DNA of 63,424 nt, counting the filler, from Choristocarpus tenellus KU-1152 (Eukaryota > Protista > Phaeophyceae), in NCBI GenBank assembly GCA_964200185.2. It is 12 parts of 12 records of this genome, joined end to end, with 100 filler letters (N's around TTAATTAATTAA, not from the genome) between each part and the next. Parts side by side here need not be neighbours in the genome. Positions count along the whole stretch, not along the records: positions 48,065 to 52,849 come from CAXNAD020013071.1; positions 52,950 to 57,336 come from CAXNAD020014791.1; positions 57,437 to 60,371 come from CAXNAD020023535.1; positions 60,472 to 63,424 come from CAXNAD020023407.1; 8 more parts are not named here. One strand, written 5' to 3'. The notes under the pieces are model-generated. The model was not told the origin of the DNA. It saw nothing but the letters and a program-made list of their open reading frames with translations, and ran no database searches. The position numbers and the translations under genes are program-made. Shown here one piece after another: positions 50,331 through 62,961 of this stretch (its first letter is position 1; the number at the start of each line of letters is the position of its first letter).

Positions 50331-50597
50331 CAATGCTTCACGATATCTGCACTCTCGGCACCACGGGAGGATGACCTTTCGACCATCCTGAGATCAAGCT
50401 GTGCCCGCAACTCCAGGGCGAACTCCTTGTCTCCTTCGTGTATGTGCCCAATCGGGTGTCATGTCGAAAACTGCCCTTTACAAGAAGTGGCGTGCTCTAA
50501 ACATGGGCAAGGCTGCAAGTGGAAAGGAAAGAGGGTTGCTTTGCAGAAACACCAAGAGGTCTGTTCTATTGAGGAGGAGATATTGCTCAAGCCTGAG
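50331..50597 (+). CDS. Single exon encoding a TRAF/SIAH-type zinc finger
   Basis: Branch point GACTAAC, acceptor CTTCTGCAG, 267-bp open phase-0 exon, donor GAG|GTACG; HVENCPLQEVACSKHGQGCKWKGKRVALQKHQEVC. Confidence 0.65.
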
Positions 50598-52602
50598 GTA
50601 CGCACAAGGCACTCCTACTGTTCCTGCTCGAGGATGGTGTCCCTTATCACCTGAGCGCTTAAATTGTTGTTGCGAAAATTGTAAGAAAAAAAACTCAGTT
50701 GATATTGTTGTTTGGGCTCGATTGGGCGTGTAGTAGCCCTTGACCATACGTCCAGGCAACGATCGAACCCCCACCAGACAGCCTGCATGCAAGACTTAAC
50801 CATAGTAGCAAAGCTAAGTCGATCCTCCCCTCCCCCTGCTTCTCGCCTCGTAAAAACGTTTCCACAACTCCAACTACTACATGTCTGTGTCCCAAACCCT
50901 CAAAACACCAAATTCTTCGACTTCCACCTTCAACCCTTCCAACCTACTTTATTGACTGGTTTTTTGTTGGTATCTAATTTTGTGACCCCTTTAGAGATTA
51001 TGTACCCAGTCCATGTGGGCCAACCATCTCAATTCTTGTTCTCATTATGAATACCTCCTCCAAATGGTTCGCTTCATAAGTCACAAGTAACTGTGCAGGC
51101 TTCATTGCCCTCAACTTGAATGATAACCAAGAAGCCTGGGAACTGTTCCCAGGTCACTAGTCAATGAGCAATGGTATATAGTGGCGTGGGTGTTCTGTTT
51201 ATACGGTAGACGAGTTGACGAATATTATCTAGTTTTTATGCTTTACTTACAAAATTGTCATACAGGGAAACACATGATCGGGTGGGGGTCATCAGCGAGG
51301 GGAGCAGACAAACACAAACAGAGGTTCACGCATTGTCCTCGCACCGTAGGGACAAGGAAAGTGCACATTCTCAATTTGTAGGAGGAGTAGGAAGAGGCAG
51401 CGGTTATATAGCTTTTCCCAACTAGATACATTCGCTCAACATACAAATGTTGACCAATAAAACTCCAGGTGGTTTCAGGAACAGTGTGTAATACTTTCTC
51501 TTTTCTTGTACTTACTCGTTGATGATGAGAAACGAGTGCTATATTCTAGGTGTGACGGGCCTCTTGCATATATAACTCATGCTGGTGACTATCTGGGTCA
51601 AAGCATCTGGGTGGGGGGTGCCGGCGTCCGTTTTTGAACCTTCTGGTTACCAACACCTAGTGCTGTAGCTGCATACATGGTGCATCTGTATGTAATTCCG
51701 TAACAGCTAACCCTCAATATAATGACAGTACTGTACTTTCGTAGTTCGAGTATCTATGTACTCATACGTAGAGGTACGTAGAGAGGTACTTGCTTTATTA
51801 TAGCGAATCAACCGCTCAATATGTTATGTTGAACCAGCAAAGGCTGGGACCTCTCTCTATTGGTAGAATGGCTCAGCTTTCGAAAGAATTATGTTTATTG
51901 ATAACAGTGGATGGCAGGGTTCACACCAAGTCTTAGGCACGTCTGATTTGAGACCAGAGTTCTATGTTTGCGAAACTTAGGCTATTGGTTGTCTCTGTTG
52001 GGAATTGGATGTAAATATATCTTCCAAAAATGTGTACCTATCCAAAGCCGCGATATCACCCAGGTGTAGAGAGGTGTTCGCTGATCCAGTCCAAGGATCA
52101 TCCCATCAAAGGTGGCTTGGCCGGCCTTCCCATCATTGGGACGCACGCTGCTCAAAAGAAGTACTACATGGGACCCTTCTTCTCCCCTTAATAGCCCACT
52201 TATAGATAACCCTAGTTGGTGATATCACAGGCCCCCATACTAAATTTTTGTGTACTACAAATTACTCCAGCTTCTAATATCCTTTGTCTATTCCCCTCAA
52301 CAATCCTCTCCGAATTTTTTAGAGCTCCCAAAACTGGTCTTACTGGAGAATATACTGCTGTTTTTACATCACCTTACTACGTACTATCTATGTTATAAAG
52401 TACCTACTACTCAATTGAGCACAGGTCGCGCGCACCTGCAAATATTGAAAAAATGGTACCTACTTTGATCTATCACGTTTAAGAAACAGTTTTTTCTTGA
52501 GACGAATATCTCCAGAAACTGGATGGATTGGTGGTGCATGGCTGTGGATTGGTGGTGCATGGCTGTGGATCAGAGCTACTAGTTTTAAGAGATGCAGTAC
52601 CT

Positions 52603-52694
52603 AACAACCACATAGCGAAAATTGCATCAAAATCGCAACATTGGGTTTTGGCCCCCAAACGGACGAGGGTCTACTCTCTAAGATGCTTTGACGC
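52603..52694. mobile_element. MITE family 1, right-end fragment
   Basis: CATCAAAATCGCAACATTGGGTTTTGGCCCCCAAACGGAC...CTCTAAGATGCTTTGAC. Confidence 0.75.
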
Positions 52695-53374
52695 TAATAT
52701 GTATATATATTTAGTACTTCATTTAAATATGGGATAATCCACCAGTTCATTTGTTGATAGTGAGACTGTTTAATAGTAGAAAAATGTTGAATCGAAGGAA
52801 TACCATTCTGCTGATGTTATAAATGGGCACTCTGGTGTAGATCCAGATCNNNNNNNNNNNNNNNNNNNNNNNNNNNNNNNNNNNNNNNNNNNNTTAATTA
52901 ATTAANNNNNNNNNNNNNNNNNNNNNNNNNNNNNNNNNNNNNNNNNNNNCTGTCCTACACCTGAACATAGAGTTGTAGGGGATGATACCCCCATCCCTCT
53001 TTCTTGGATGGCAGGATTAACATTTTTTTTTGCAATTTTTAGCTTATGTCTGGTTGGCATTGATAACCCTAACCCTTACTTACTCACTTCAAGTACTAAG
53101 ATCATTTGTGGGTACCTGCTTTTCCACGAGTATAGTACTCTTTGGAGGGTACTAGACAAAACGAAGTGAGGGACAGGAAGAGAAATTTCAAAGGTGCGTG
53201 AGTGCTAACCCACCCTTTAGTAGTTGAACGATTGAATATATTCATTGTGCCTTGTACCTTGTACCTTGTGCGAGTCCGCTGTAGTAGTAGTAATAATACT
53301 ACTCAAGGTTCAATTATTTCCCAGTACTTTTATGCTATCTCCTGTAACATCGATTGTACTGTGGACTTCAACAG

Positions 53375-56300
53375 GTGCACAGAGGCCCCCTAGACCATGG
53401 TTTAGTGTTACCCCGCTGTTTGGCAAGTGTACACCATGGAGGTAGTGGTACAACTGCAGCAGTACTGAGAGCTGGCATTCCACATGGTGAGGGTGGAGTG
53501 AGGTGTGGCATCACGCCTAGTATGTGACGCCATGTATGACATTATGCTGGTATTATCACCAACTAGGCTGATTGTGCATTAGTGTGGTCTAATATAATTA
53601 GTCATGTGCTGCCAGGCATTGTTGTGTGATCTTGTACACAAGTGTACTAACGTATGCAGAATTTGCTCAGAGAGTAGGAAGAAACCTGTTAGTAGATATA
53701 CCTGTAAGGGATGTAACATCATCCACTGTTGATCTGTTGTACTATACCACACATAAGAAGGTTTTAAGTCATTGTAAGTACCTTGGAGTGTTGGTCTGGT
53801 CTGTGATTGATAGTGCTAAAGAGGCAGTTATATGTGTGGTTTCTACAGCACTCTAGGCATGGATCGATGGTGTATGGTCAATGAGTAATGATGGATATGT
53901 TAATTATTGACGGTTCTGGCGCTGGCACAAGTGGAAGATATAAGTCAATACATGCGTATGTATGTAGTATATATATTATGTATTTATGTGCATATAGTGT
54001 CCACAGGCACGGTAAGTAGTATGTGAAGCCACCCAACCGTTGTGTGCTATAGTAGGGTGCTTCTAGAGCTCTACACAACATTTTTGTTAGTCCTGGTAGC
54101 TTCAAATACCACCTTCCCACCTTTGCACACACTTTGAGCCAAGCACGCCCTCTTCCCATTTATTTGTGTATATTAAATACTTTTAATTTCTCTAATGTGA
54201 ATCGTTCCCCTATTGTTCACCCATCCTATAGATTAATCAGACTAACCAATAGATTAATCAGACTAACCAATAGATTAATCAGACTAACCAATAGATTAAT
54301 CAGACTAACCTATAGATTAATCAGACTAACCAATAGATTAATCAGACTAACCTACTTAACATGTGCGCATTGGCCAAATAACTTCATAAACCTTTTCAAG
54401 TTGTGTGTCCTCAGCACTTGGATCAGTTTTTTTGGTCCGAACGCATGTCACATCTGGGCTTGGGAACCGTGCTGGAGCGGTCCCTCTTTGTGGGAACTGG
54501 TCCTAATCGATCCCGTGGCACGTCTCCTACTACTATTGATAACTGCAGTCCCAGCCTGGTGGCCAGGGTCACGTCTGCTCTCCTCTCTGCTACCACACCA
54601 CAGGTACCAACCTCAATATTGTATTACCAATCAATTTTGGCAAGGGTTCCAACTTCAGCAATTACTCATATGGTTAATGTTACCGTAACATCGATAAACA
54701 TTGTGAGAAAGTAAACAGTTTTTTCACTCTAGATTATTTGTCTTTCTTTCCTACCCACTGGATGATGTTGCTGTGATGGGAGAGACTCAATGTTGTGTAC
54801 CTAGCACCAGGTCAGGACAGGTGAATGTTCAGTCCACTTTTGTTAGGTACGAAGGGTGATCAGTGGTTGTAGTGATAAGGGATAGTCCATAGGTGGTTCT
54901 CTTTTTGAAATACTGATTAATTGATGATTTCTTCGTCTTTCTGCAACTTGGTAACACCTGTCTGCTAAGGACATTTGTGGCAGAAGCTTTGTTGATGCCA
55001 CTGCTGGACCATGTACTTGATCTTTTCCTTTCTGAAAATTCAGTACTTTCTTCAAGAATTGAATATGTCCCACTGTACTGTATGTACCCCATTGTACCTA
55101 CTCTAGGTCCGTCTACGCTGTGCCTGTCTAGGTGTCAAGATCAGGGCTGAGGATAGCGTGACAAACATTCTCACAGCAATAGAGGATTTCGTGGTCCTTC
55201 AATCTGCTTCAAGGGATCCAACAAATGTTCAGATGGGTGCAATGTTCAGTACAGCACCAAAGTACCTAACAAGAACCCTTGCTACCATCAAGCTAAAAGA
55301 GGACAGGGGGCAAGAATCAATCTCGGAACCAGCAGTGGACCATGGACCTGAAGAAGAATCAGTACCAGAACCAACAGGGGACCATGGACAAGAAACAATA
55401 GCGGCAATTGTGGGAAAGGACCAACAAAGTACTGATGTTATCTTAGACAAAGGGGTGAAGGAGAGGCTGTTGACCTTGACGGATCTCCCAAATGATCTCA
55501 GTGTGTGGTGTATTGATGGGGCAATGGAGGAGACACTGTTTGTGTACAAAGAGGTGTTTGAAGCAGGTACCTACTTTCAACATCGTATTGCCTTGGGAGA
55601 GGGTGATACGGTATGGGATGTAGGTGAGGTCAAGATATGTGATGGATGTACTTTTTTATTCATATCATGCATCTGTTCTGTCTTGTTTTTTTTCTGTTGC
55701 CTGGTAGTGTATGCCAAAGTTTGTCTGTAGCGCCCACATTATTTCAGTGTTAGTTTTGTTGCAGTTGTTTGCAGCTGAAATCAAATCACTACTGTAGCAC
55801 TCTTGCAGTGTAGATTTACCCTTTCGACCTGTTGGGGATTGTTATTATTGTCATTATTATTTTGGATGCTTTGCGACAATGCAGTGGACACCTTCAACCT
55901 ACCTACCTTCATCGTACCTTTATGGAGTTGGAGCACTGTTCAACATGATGCAGGCCACTCTCTGTTTCTGCCAACGCTGCACTTCAGCATTAAAGATAGC
56001 TCTTATCAATTGCTTTGTTTTGGTTAGGATTTTTATGTTATTTGGACACTAGGCTAGTCCAACTAGCCAGCATTGTAATGTTGTGTTGTCTACTCTTTTC
56101 CCAACTGGCTATCACTGTGCATGCATGGCACCTCTCTTGCTCTTTTGGGTGGTACGTGAATGCTTGTTAGTTTTTTCCATTATGCTATACATTTCGGTAT
56201 TGAAAATGTTTCTACTGCTAGAGCGTCATTTCACTTCATCTTGACATAATAATTGCACAGGTGCCAACATAGGTCTTTTCAGCATCCAATCAGAGCTCAG

Positions 56301-56384
56301 TGTGGACACACCAGACAGTCTCCACCTCTTTGCATTTGAACCCATCCCAGTTACTCGAGAGGCCCTTCGGAGAAATCTTGACAT
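53375..56384 (+). CDS. GT1 (sterol-glucosyltransferase/UGT80-like) glycosyltransferase C-domain fused to an FkbM-family SAM methyltransferase, partial (exons 53375-53486, 54401-54603, 55107-55623, 56261-56384)
   Basis: [32 protein letters not shown]|[22 protein letters not shown]...|...[11 protein letters not shown]...LPNDLSV...[31 protein letters not shown]|GANIGLFS...FAFEPIP...ALRRN; all joins GT-AG and in phase. Confidence 0.9.
54228..54353 (+). repeat. 21-bp minisatellite ATAGATTAATCAGACTAACC(A/T) x6, intronic
   Basis: Read directly; no spacers. Confidence 0.95.
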
Positions 56385-57247
56385 GTGAGAAGCCATGGAA
56401 TTGCATCAGTTGAACTTAGAATCCTTCCAGTTGTTCAGTGAAGCAAGTGTTGTTTTGTGCCCCTGCCGTGGTCTTGTAGGAGAATATTGATAGGCCAAGA
56501 GCTGACAAGAATAGGGTGCATATTGCAAAATAACACTATTCAATACTGTGCCATGAATAGCACCGTTCTGATAGATGTTAGAGCTTCACCATTGCCTCTA
56601 AGTATGACATATAGCTAGCCACCTTTGTGTAGCTCCGAGGCATCATTAATCAACTTCCTCCTGCTGTAATCCCAGACAAAACAATGCTGCCTGGGATTAC
56701 AGCATGTATCTATCCGTCAACACCTCAATCTCAGCTTCTGAGAATGTTTGCCTGGTATGACTTGGTTTTGCTTGCACTAGTTATTGACCAACAAATGACC
56801 CACTGTTTTAACCTCCTACTTGGGTGTACAAATTAGATCTTTTCAGTGCATTTCCTGGACCTCAAGGTTGGGAAGATAATCATTTGTTAGAGGTCAGCCT
56901 CACAACCGATCACTTAGCCTTGTACTCTCTCAAAGATGTCTATTTCCTTTCAATATTTATGCTTGGTTACTTGTGTGATACACTATAGTGTACAAGAGAG
57001 AAGTGTTGAGACTGTCGTGCCTTGACTTGATAGATATTTTCCGTTTACTATAGGTGTTGTAGCAGGACCATGAGTTTGGACCGTGAGGTGTGTAGAACAG
57101 TTCCAGATTATATACTCTGGAATACTGTACGTTGGACAATACATTAGTCAGTATGTTGGGTATAATTGTTGGCTGAATGACAGGAGAGATCAAGGAGCTC
57201 ACATTGTGAAGCAAGGCTCACTACGGTATCTGAAGTTGGATAACTCT

Positions 57248-57476
57248 GGCCCAAAGTATCTGGGGGGGGGGGGGGGGATTTTTTGCGGTACTTGCAAGTC
57301 CCCCTTTGCTATGTTTTTTCCAACCCTCATAACCCGNNNNNNNNNNNNNNNNNNNNNNNNNNNNNNNNNNNNNNNNNNNNTTAATTAATTAANNNNNNNN
57401 NNNNNNNNNNNNNNNNNNNNNNNNNNNNNNNNNNNNATGGACAGCCGCCACCCCCCCCCCCCAGATACTTCGAACC
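57248..57476. mobile_element. MITE family 2 ends at two contig edges (57248-57336 and 57437-57476)
   Basis: GGCCCAAAGTATCTG(n) and C(n)AGATACTTCGAACC. Confidence 0.7.
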
Positions 57477-57912
57477 AATCATGTACCTGCAAGATACAGT
57501 CATATCTCAGCTACAGAATACGAAAAGCTCCAGATTGTGTGAAGCATGCTGAGGATATATGTTACAGCAGGTAGTGCTTCCAAACGTAGACCTCTTATTC
57601 CGTACTGTTTGCAGTGAGAATGCCTTTTGTCTCCCTCTTTTCACACCCACATCTCTAACTCACACCCAATCCTCACAGTATGCACGTATAGCTGTCGGAT
57701 TGTGGGCTAGTCGGACAAAGTACACGTGTTGTGTCAGGGAGAGCTGAGAGCATTGTCGGACAAAAGGCAACGAGTACAATAATGCCAAAGTTGCGAACAC
57801 TGACGGGACTTCCTCCTTCTCACTTCACTCCCCCAGTCACTCCCTTCTCCACCATATCGCCCTGTGCCACCCCTCCACCCTCACCCCACTTCCGACTTGC
57901 ACAAAAAAAAAG

Positions 57913-59476
57913 GTAGCTGTCGGATTCAAGGACCGCATCCGCATATACAACGTGCTCATTGATGGCCTTCGACTGGCCCGCGACCTGACACTAAGGAACT
58001 GCCGTGCTGCAGCTTACTCCAACGGAGGACATCTCTTGGCCGTTGCATGCGGATTTTCTGTCGTGGTTTACACTTCCTTCAACATCCAACAGGTCGGCAA
58101 AGCAAGCCCCGAACAAGCTGTGTAGCACACACACCCTAGGTGTGACCGTTTGACTTACTCTATTCATGTTGCATGCATGCATAAATAGATTAAAGTACAG
58201 CTTTTATGGGCAAAGTGATCCAATCTACCCACTATCCAACAGGATGCAAAAGCTGAACACAGAGCCTTGTCGTTTTTTTCCTGCATCCTGCTGCGTTCTG
58301 ATGAAGTAAGTGTGTGTGCTTTTACTGGAATAATTAATATTGTTTTTTCGATTTTTGAAATCTGTCTGGTAGGTACACCAAGTCCTAATCCCGATCGTGA
58401 GAAGACCCTAGCTTGCACAAAGGGGTGTTTACCCTGAAGACTCGATTTGTCCATTCTACTAATCCAAAAGTGACCGCTTAAAAATTTGACTCTGAGGATG
58501 GTTCCAAAACATTATTCCACCTCTCTTCTCCTTGCTTCCCTCCCTTTCACCACACAGTCACTATTATCAAGGGAAAAAATCCAATCGCAAGTACGATCGT
58601 CACCCCCTTTCCCCTTGCTAAGGTGCACAACCTTACAGGGCACATTGCAGCAATATCTTTGCTCAAGTGGGCCCCCAAGGACAACGCCATCTTCAGTACT
58701 GGACAGGATGGAAATGTCTATGGGTAAGAGATTCATCCACTATCCCCCCCCCCCAAGAACGCCACGACGGAAATTTATGCCTTATCCCCAATAGCAAGGG
58801 TCAAAAAGTGAGACTATCAATAGCCCTGTGCAGAACTGATCGTTGTCTTTGCAGAAAATACACCTCAGCTCCAAGATTTGCTATACAACCGAGCCACCCT
58901 CAGTCGAATCACGCGCATATTTCAGCTCATCTGAGCTCATTTCACCTCCCTGTGCTAATCCCGAGCACTGACTTGAGACCACTGATCAGGAAAGCGTTCT
59001 TGAAGGTGCCGGAAAACCCCCAAAAACACATGCACACATACATTTTTTTTGTCTTTGCCTTCATAGTAATTGACCAATGACCTTCTGCCTCCCCACACTG
59101 AAGTACATCTCGAAAAATGGTTACAATAGAAAAGGTTAGGGAAGTATCACCATCAAGGGCTCACTTTGTACTTCAAAGTAGTTGGGGGGAACAAATCAGG
59201 TGCTCAACCATGCAAAATATGCTTGTGTCTTCCGGAGTGTAGGTCTGGTGTCAAGCTCCTTGTTTAGTCCTCCTATGGGAGAGCGTGGTTCCAGCCGGCG
59301 GTCAAGTCCTCCTGCTCTCACCTCTTTCCCTCCCTGAGAAATAACCATTCATGTTTGCTTCCCTCTCCCAATGTAGGTGGAATCTCCAGACTGGAAATCG
59401 TGCTGATGAGTGCGTTGGTTTGAACCGGACGCTCCCTTACCATGCTCTTGTAATTCGATTGTCGGACAAGAAAGAG
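57913..59476 (+). CDS. CFAP57: CFAP57/WDR65-like WD40 flagellar protein, three internal exons (57913-58092, 58623-58723, 59377-59476)
   Basis: VAVGFKDRIRIYNVLID...RNCRAAAYSNGGHLLA...|...LTGHIAAISLLKWAPKDNAIFSTGQDGNVYG|WNL matches the CFAP57 pattern VGF.DKLR..N.LID...C....FSNGGH..A...GH....DG.VY.W; phases consistent. Confidence 0.78.
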
Positions 59477-60327
59477 GTGTGTACAGGGTCATGAAAAGCA
59501 CCCTGGTAACTGCAGCAGCAGTGGGTTGAGTTGGGAGGGAAAATGAATTACGGGGGGTGACTTTTGGTCACTCGTGGGTAACACTGCTTGCTTTTTACTG
59601 AAGCAGAATGCTCTCTATCCCTTTGCCCATCACTCATGACTCTTATGGGTGAGCAACACCCCCCACTTCTCCTATAAAAGATAAACACAGGTACAGAAAC
59701 CACACATACCAGTATAACAGGATGAAAAAAATAGCTTATAGAGTGATGCATGACTTGAAAGGTTGGCAAAGATCTAAAGACAGGGAGTATCTCAGGGTGA
59801 TCTTGCCTCACTTTATACCCTGGTACTCTCTAATGTTACCGCTGAAACATCCCACTTCCAGAGTATCTGCAAGAACTCGAAGCTCCATGCGGGAGTTATT
59901 GACCCAACAGGAAATTACTGATGTTTGAACAGTAGTTACTTCTTGAGCAGAACAGGAAATACTCTTGATGCAGTTGCAAGATGATATGTGCAGAATAGGC
60001 TAACGGAAACATCCAACAGAGCAACTCATCTACTTCTTCACGTGGACCATGGTTTCATAGAGTCTTGTAAGGAGATAAAATATCGAGGAGTGGTATACTC
60101 CAGTAAAACTAAGGTCACAACAAGCTTTGCGTCGAAGAACATTAGGGTAGGAGTCTCACAGCGGAGTCAGTCTAGCACTGCTTGTCCGATTGAATCGAAC
60201 TATTAATGAAAGGATACAAGAAGATATTTTATGTCAATGCTATTATATCAAGAATCGGGTAGGTTTTAGAAACTCATACCTCAAAAGCACCCAAGCAACC
60301 TATGATTGAACTACCCTGCAACCAACT

Positions 60328-60371
60328 GACCCAAAGTATCTGGGGGGGGGGGGGGCAGGGGGGTTGTTCTT
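60328..60371. mobile_element. MITE family 2 end, cut by contig end
   Basis: GACCCAAAGTATCTG(n). Confidence 0.75.
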
Positions 60372-62926
60372 NNNNNNNNNNNNNNNNNNNNNNNNNNNNN
60401 NNNNNNNNNNNNNNNTTAATTAATTAANNNNNNNNNNNNNNNNNNNNNNNNNNNNNNNNNNNNNNNNNNNNGGGATAGGGGAAGCGGGGAGGGGGGGGGG
60501 GGTGGAGCGGGGGGGGGAAGGGGGGGGGGGGGGGGGGGGGGCAGGTGCTGGCGGTGCTGGTAATGTGGTAAGGCCGCCGGTAGCAGGGTTATCCAAGACC
60601 TTTGGAGATGGTAAGGCTAGGGGGGGCGGGGGTGGTGTAATTGATGTTGACCTCGGGGCAGTCAGGGGGTGATGAAGGAGGATAGAGAGTAGTTGTGGGT
60701 CTGACATTATTTTGACGTCTTTGAACGGTGTTTGAGTTGGAACCATTGACAAGGGAAATTACAGGTGTTTTTGGTGGGTTAGTCTTTGACTGTTGTCCTT
60801 GGTGCGGTGGGAGGGGGGTTGGGGAGAACTTTGGAGTGATGTATTGTGACATTTGTTGTCATAGGTATTTGCTAAGTATCAGGTCGCCGGTTTTTGCTTT
60901 TTACATTTTTTTTGTAAAATGATGGAAATTTGATCTTTGTCACCTGCAGTGAGCTTGTATTGGAGAGCAGCTTAGGAGTTCTGCATTTCATGCCACTGAT
61001 CACTCTCCAACACACTCTGTGAGCCTTCACCTGCCTTGGAGAGTGCAGTTGGGGTAGGCTATATCTAGAAGGCTGTTCACTTTACTCACTTCATATGGAA
61101 CAAAGGGGTGTGGTATGGCTTGGGTGCGTGGGGATGTACAAGGATTGCGTTGGCCTAAGACTAACTTCAGGCAAGGTGCCTCATCCTATAGTAGTGTTAA
61201 TAGTAGCTATCAAGCCAGTGCAGTCGGCAACATCTATCCATTGACTGTTGTTTCCTCCATTACTAAATATGTCCCTACATCCATGTTCATCTTACAGAGA
61301 TCTACCTCCATTAAGTGGTATCCTTTGTTTGTCTTACCTTCCATGGACATTGATCAGTCAGTTTACTGAAATAGATTTTTGAAAAGCGACATGCCTGGTC
61401 CAGCAAGGATGACCTACGCTTAATTTTACATTTTGTGTGAGCCATGTGCTGTGGTGTAAGCCCAGATGGCCGAGATGGGTAGAAATGTCGCTCCCAGAAT
61501 GTTCCCACTTAAGTCAGAACCTGGTGAGTGAGAGGCTGGTGGGGCGTTGATTATTGTTACTGCAGTTGACGCCAAAGTTGAAGTTGGTGCTGTTCAAAAC
61601 GCTTTTGTTTTTTCAAGCAAGAAGTGCTGACTGTTTTGCAGTTCTCGATTATCAAGGAGGTTGATACACCTTGTTGACAACAGAGAGGGGAGCTTGTACA
61701 CCAACCTGGCGTGCACAGTACACAATTGAAGCAGTAGTTCTTTTTGTGACAAGACAGGGATATACAAAGCAATCAATTGGAGGATGCAAAAACCGGAAGA
61801 AGCGCTACTTTTTTTTTACTAACGGGTTAAACGTGTTGGATAAGGTTCAGATGAAGGATCTTCCAAGCATCTCCAGGAGATAGCAAAATGAGACAAGAGG
61901 AGAAAATGCGCCCAAGGTGTTGGACTTGGTGGGGGGGGTGTTAGACACTGAGGATTATTCCCGTGAGATGGAAATCATATCTGAATATCACATCAACAGC
62001 AGACTCGCTTTCTTATTGAAGAGAGGTACGTACCAGAAATTCCCAGATAATATATTATTCCCATATCTATTTCAAATTGGCGTTTCAAAGGAAAAAATAA
62101 CACGAAAAGACTACAGTTGCCCATAACGAATGCATCAAACTGGGCAAACTTAATCTGTTAAGTAATGGGAGAGTTCGTACATAATCCACATGCTACTGAT
62201 CCACACTTTTGCGTTGGAACAATCACCCAACCGGGGGCATGTCTTGCAAATCTCAACATAGAGTGAATAATCCACCACAACTAAATGTAGACCCCACCCC
62301 ACCCAAAAGCCCAAGATGGGGCAAACGAACACTGCGCACTCACAAAAATAAAATATTAATAAAACAATAAAATTACGCCAAATGTTGAAAAAAAAAAAAA
62401 CTACAAAAGCAACACCAAACCGGAAAAAAAACACCACCCCCCAAAAACCAGACCACACCCAAAGAACCCCCNNNNNNNNNCAATAAAAATACGCCAAATG
62501 TAAAAAAAAAAAAAAACTACAAAAGCTTCATCTAATTGGATAAAAAACAGCACTCACTACAAACCAGATCGCACCCAAAGTGAGGGTCACGAAACCAAGC
62601 AGAACAAGCTCACTGCACAAACATACACACAGCAGGTCAAAAACTGTCAGACGGATCAACTCCTCTCGCAATCTATCCATTTCTATCAGTCTTGTCTCTA
62701 CCATACGGCTCAAGAAAGGAATCTTTGAAAAGGAAGGCCAACTCTCTTAGCCACGCTACAACCGCTTACAAAATCTCTCACCAGAACAAAGTACAGCACA
62801 ATGATCGGGTATTGCGCACCTTTGAGATATACTCTCGGATGGGAAATTATGGACTGATCTCAAAATACTACTGGTACTGAACTTAAGTTCTTTGCTCCAC
62901 CACCACCACCACACACACTACGTGAT

Positions 62927-62961
62927 CACACACTTCACACACTTCACACACTTCACACACT
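62927..62961 (+). repeat. 9-bp tandem repeat CACACACTT x~4
   Basis: Read directly. Confidence 0.85.

Noticed and set aside
54228-54353. CRISPR-like array, or the RLIRLTN repeat protein of ORF 54134-54688
   Set aside because: No spacers; the repeat is intronic and that ORF overlaps the real exon in another frame
7512-59476. Functional gene cluster, e.g. ABHD11 with DLST (linked through OGDH lipoylation in animals), or GT-methyltransferase with the Zn2Cys6 factor as a biosynthetic cluster
   Set aside because: These genes lie on different concatenated contigs, so proximity in the window is not evidence of linkage
7313-60471. Recurring TTAATTAATTAA flanked by N runs as a biological repeat
   Set aside because: Identical 100-bp artificial contig linker with stops in six frames
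62340-62590. Apparent duplication around the short N gap at 62472
   Set aside because: Same artefact pattern: noisy A/C-rich copy after poly-A at a scaffold gap
62636-62873. Open AG-GT bounded segment as an exon
   Set aside because: No recognisable motif or partner exon; insufficient support
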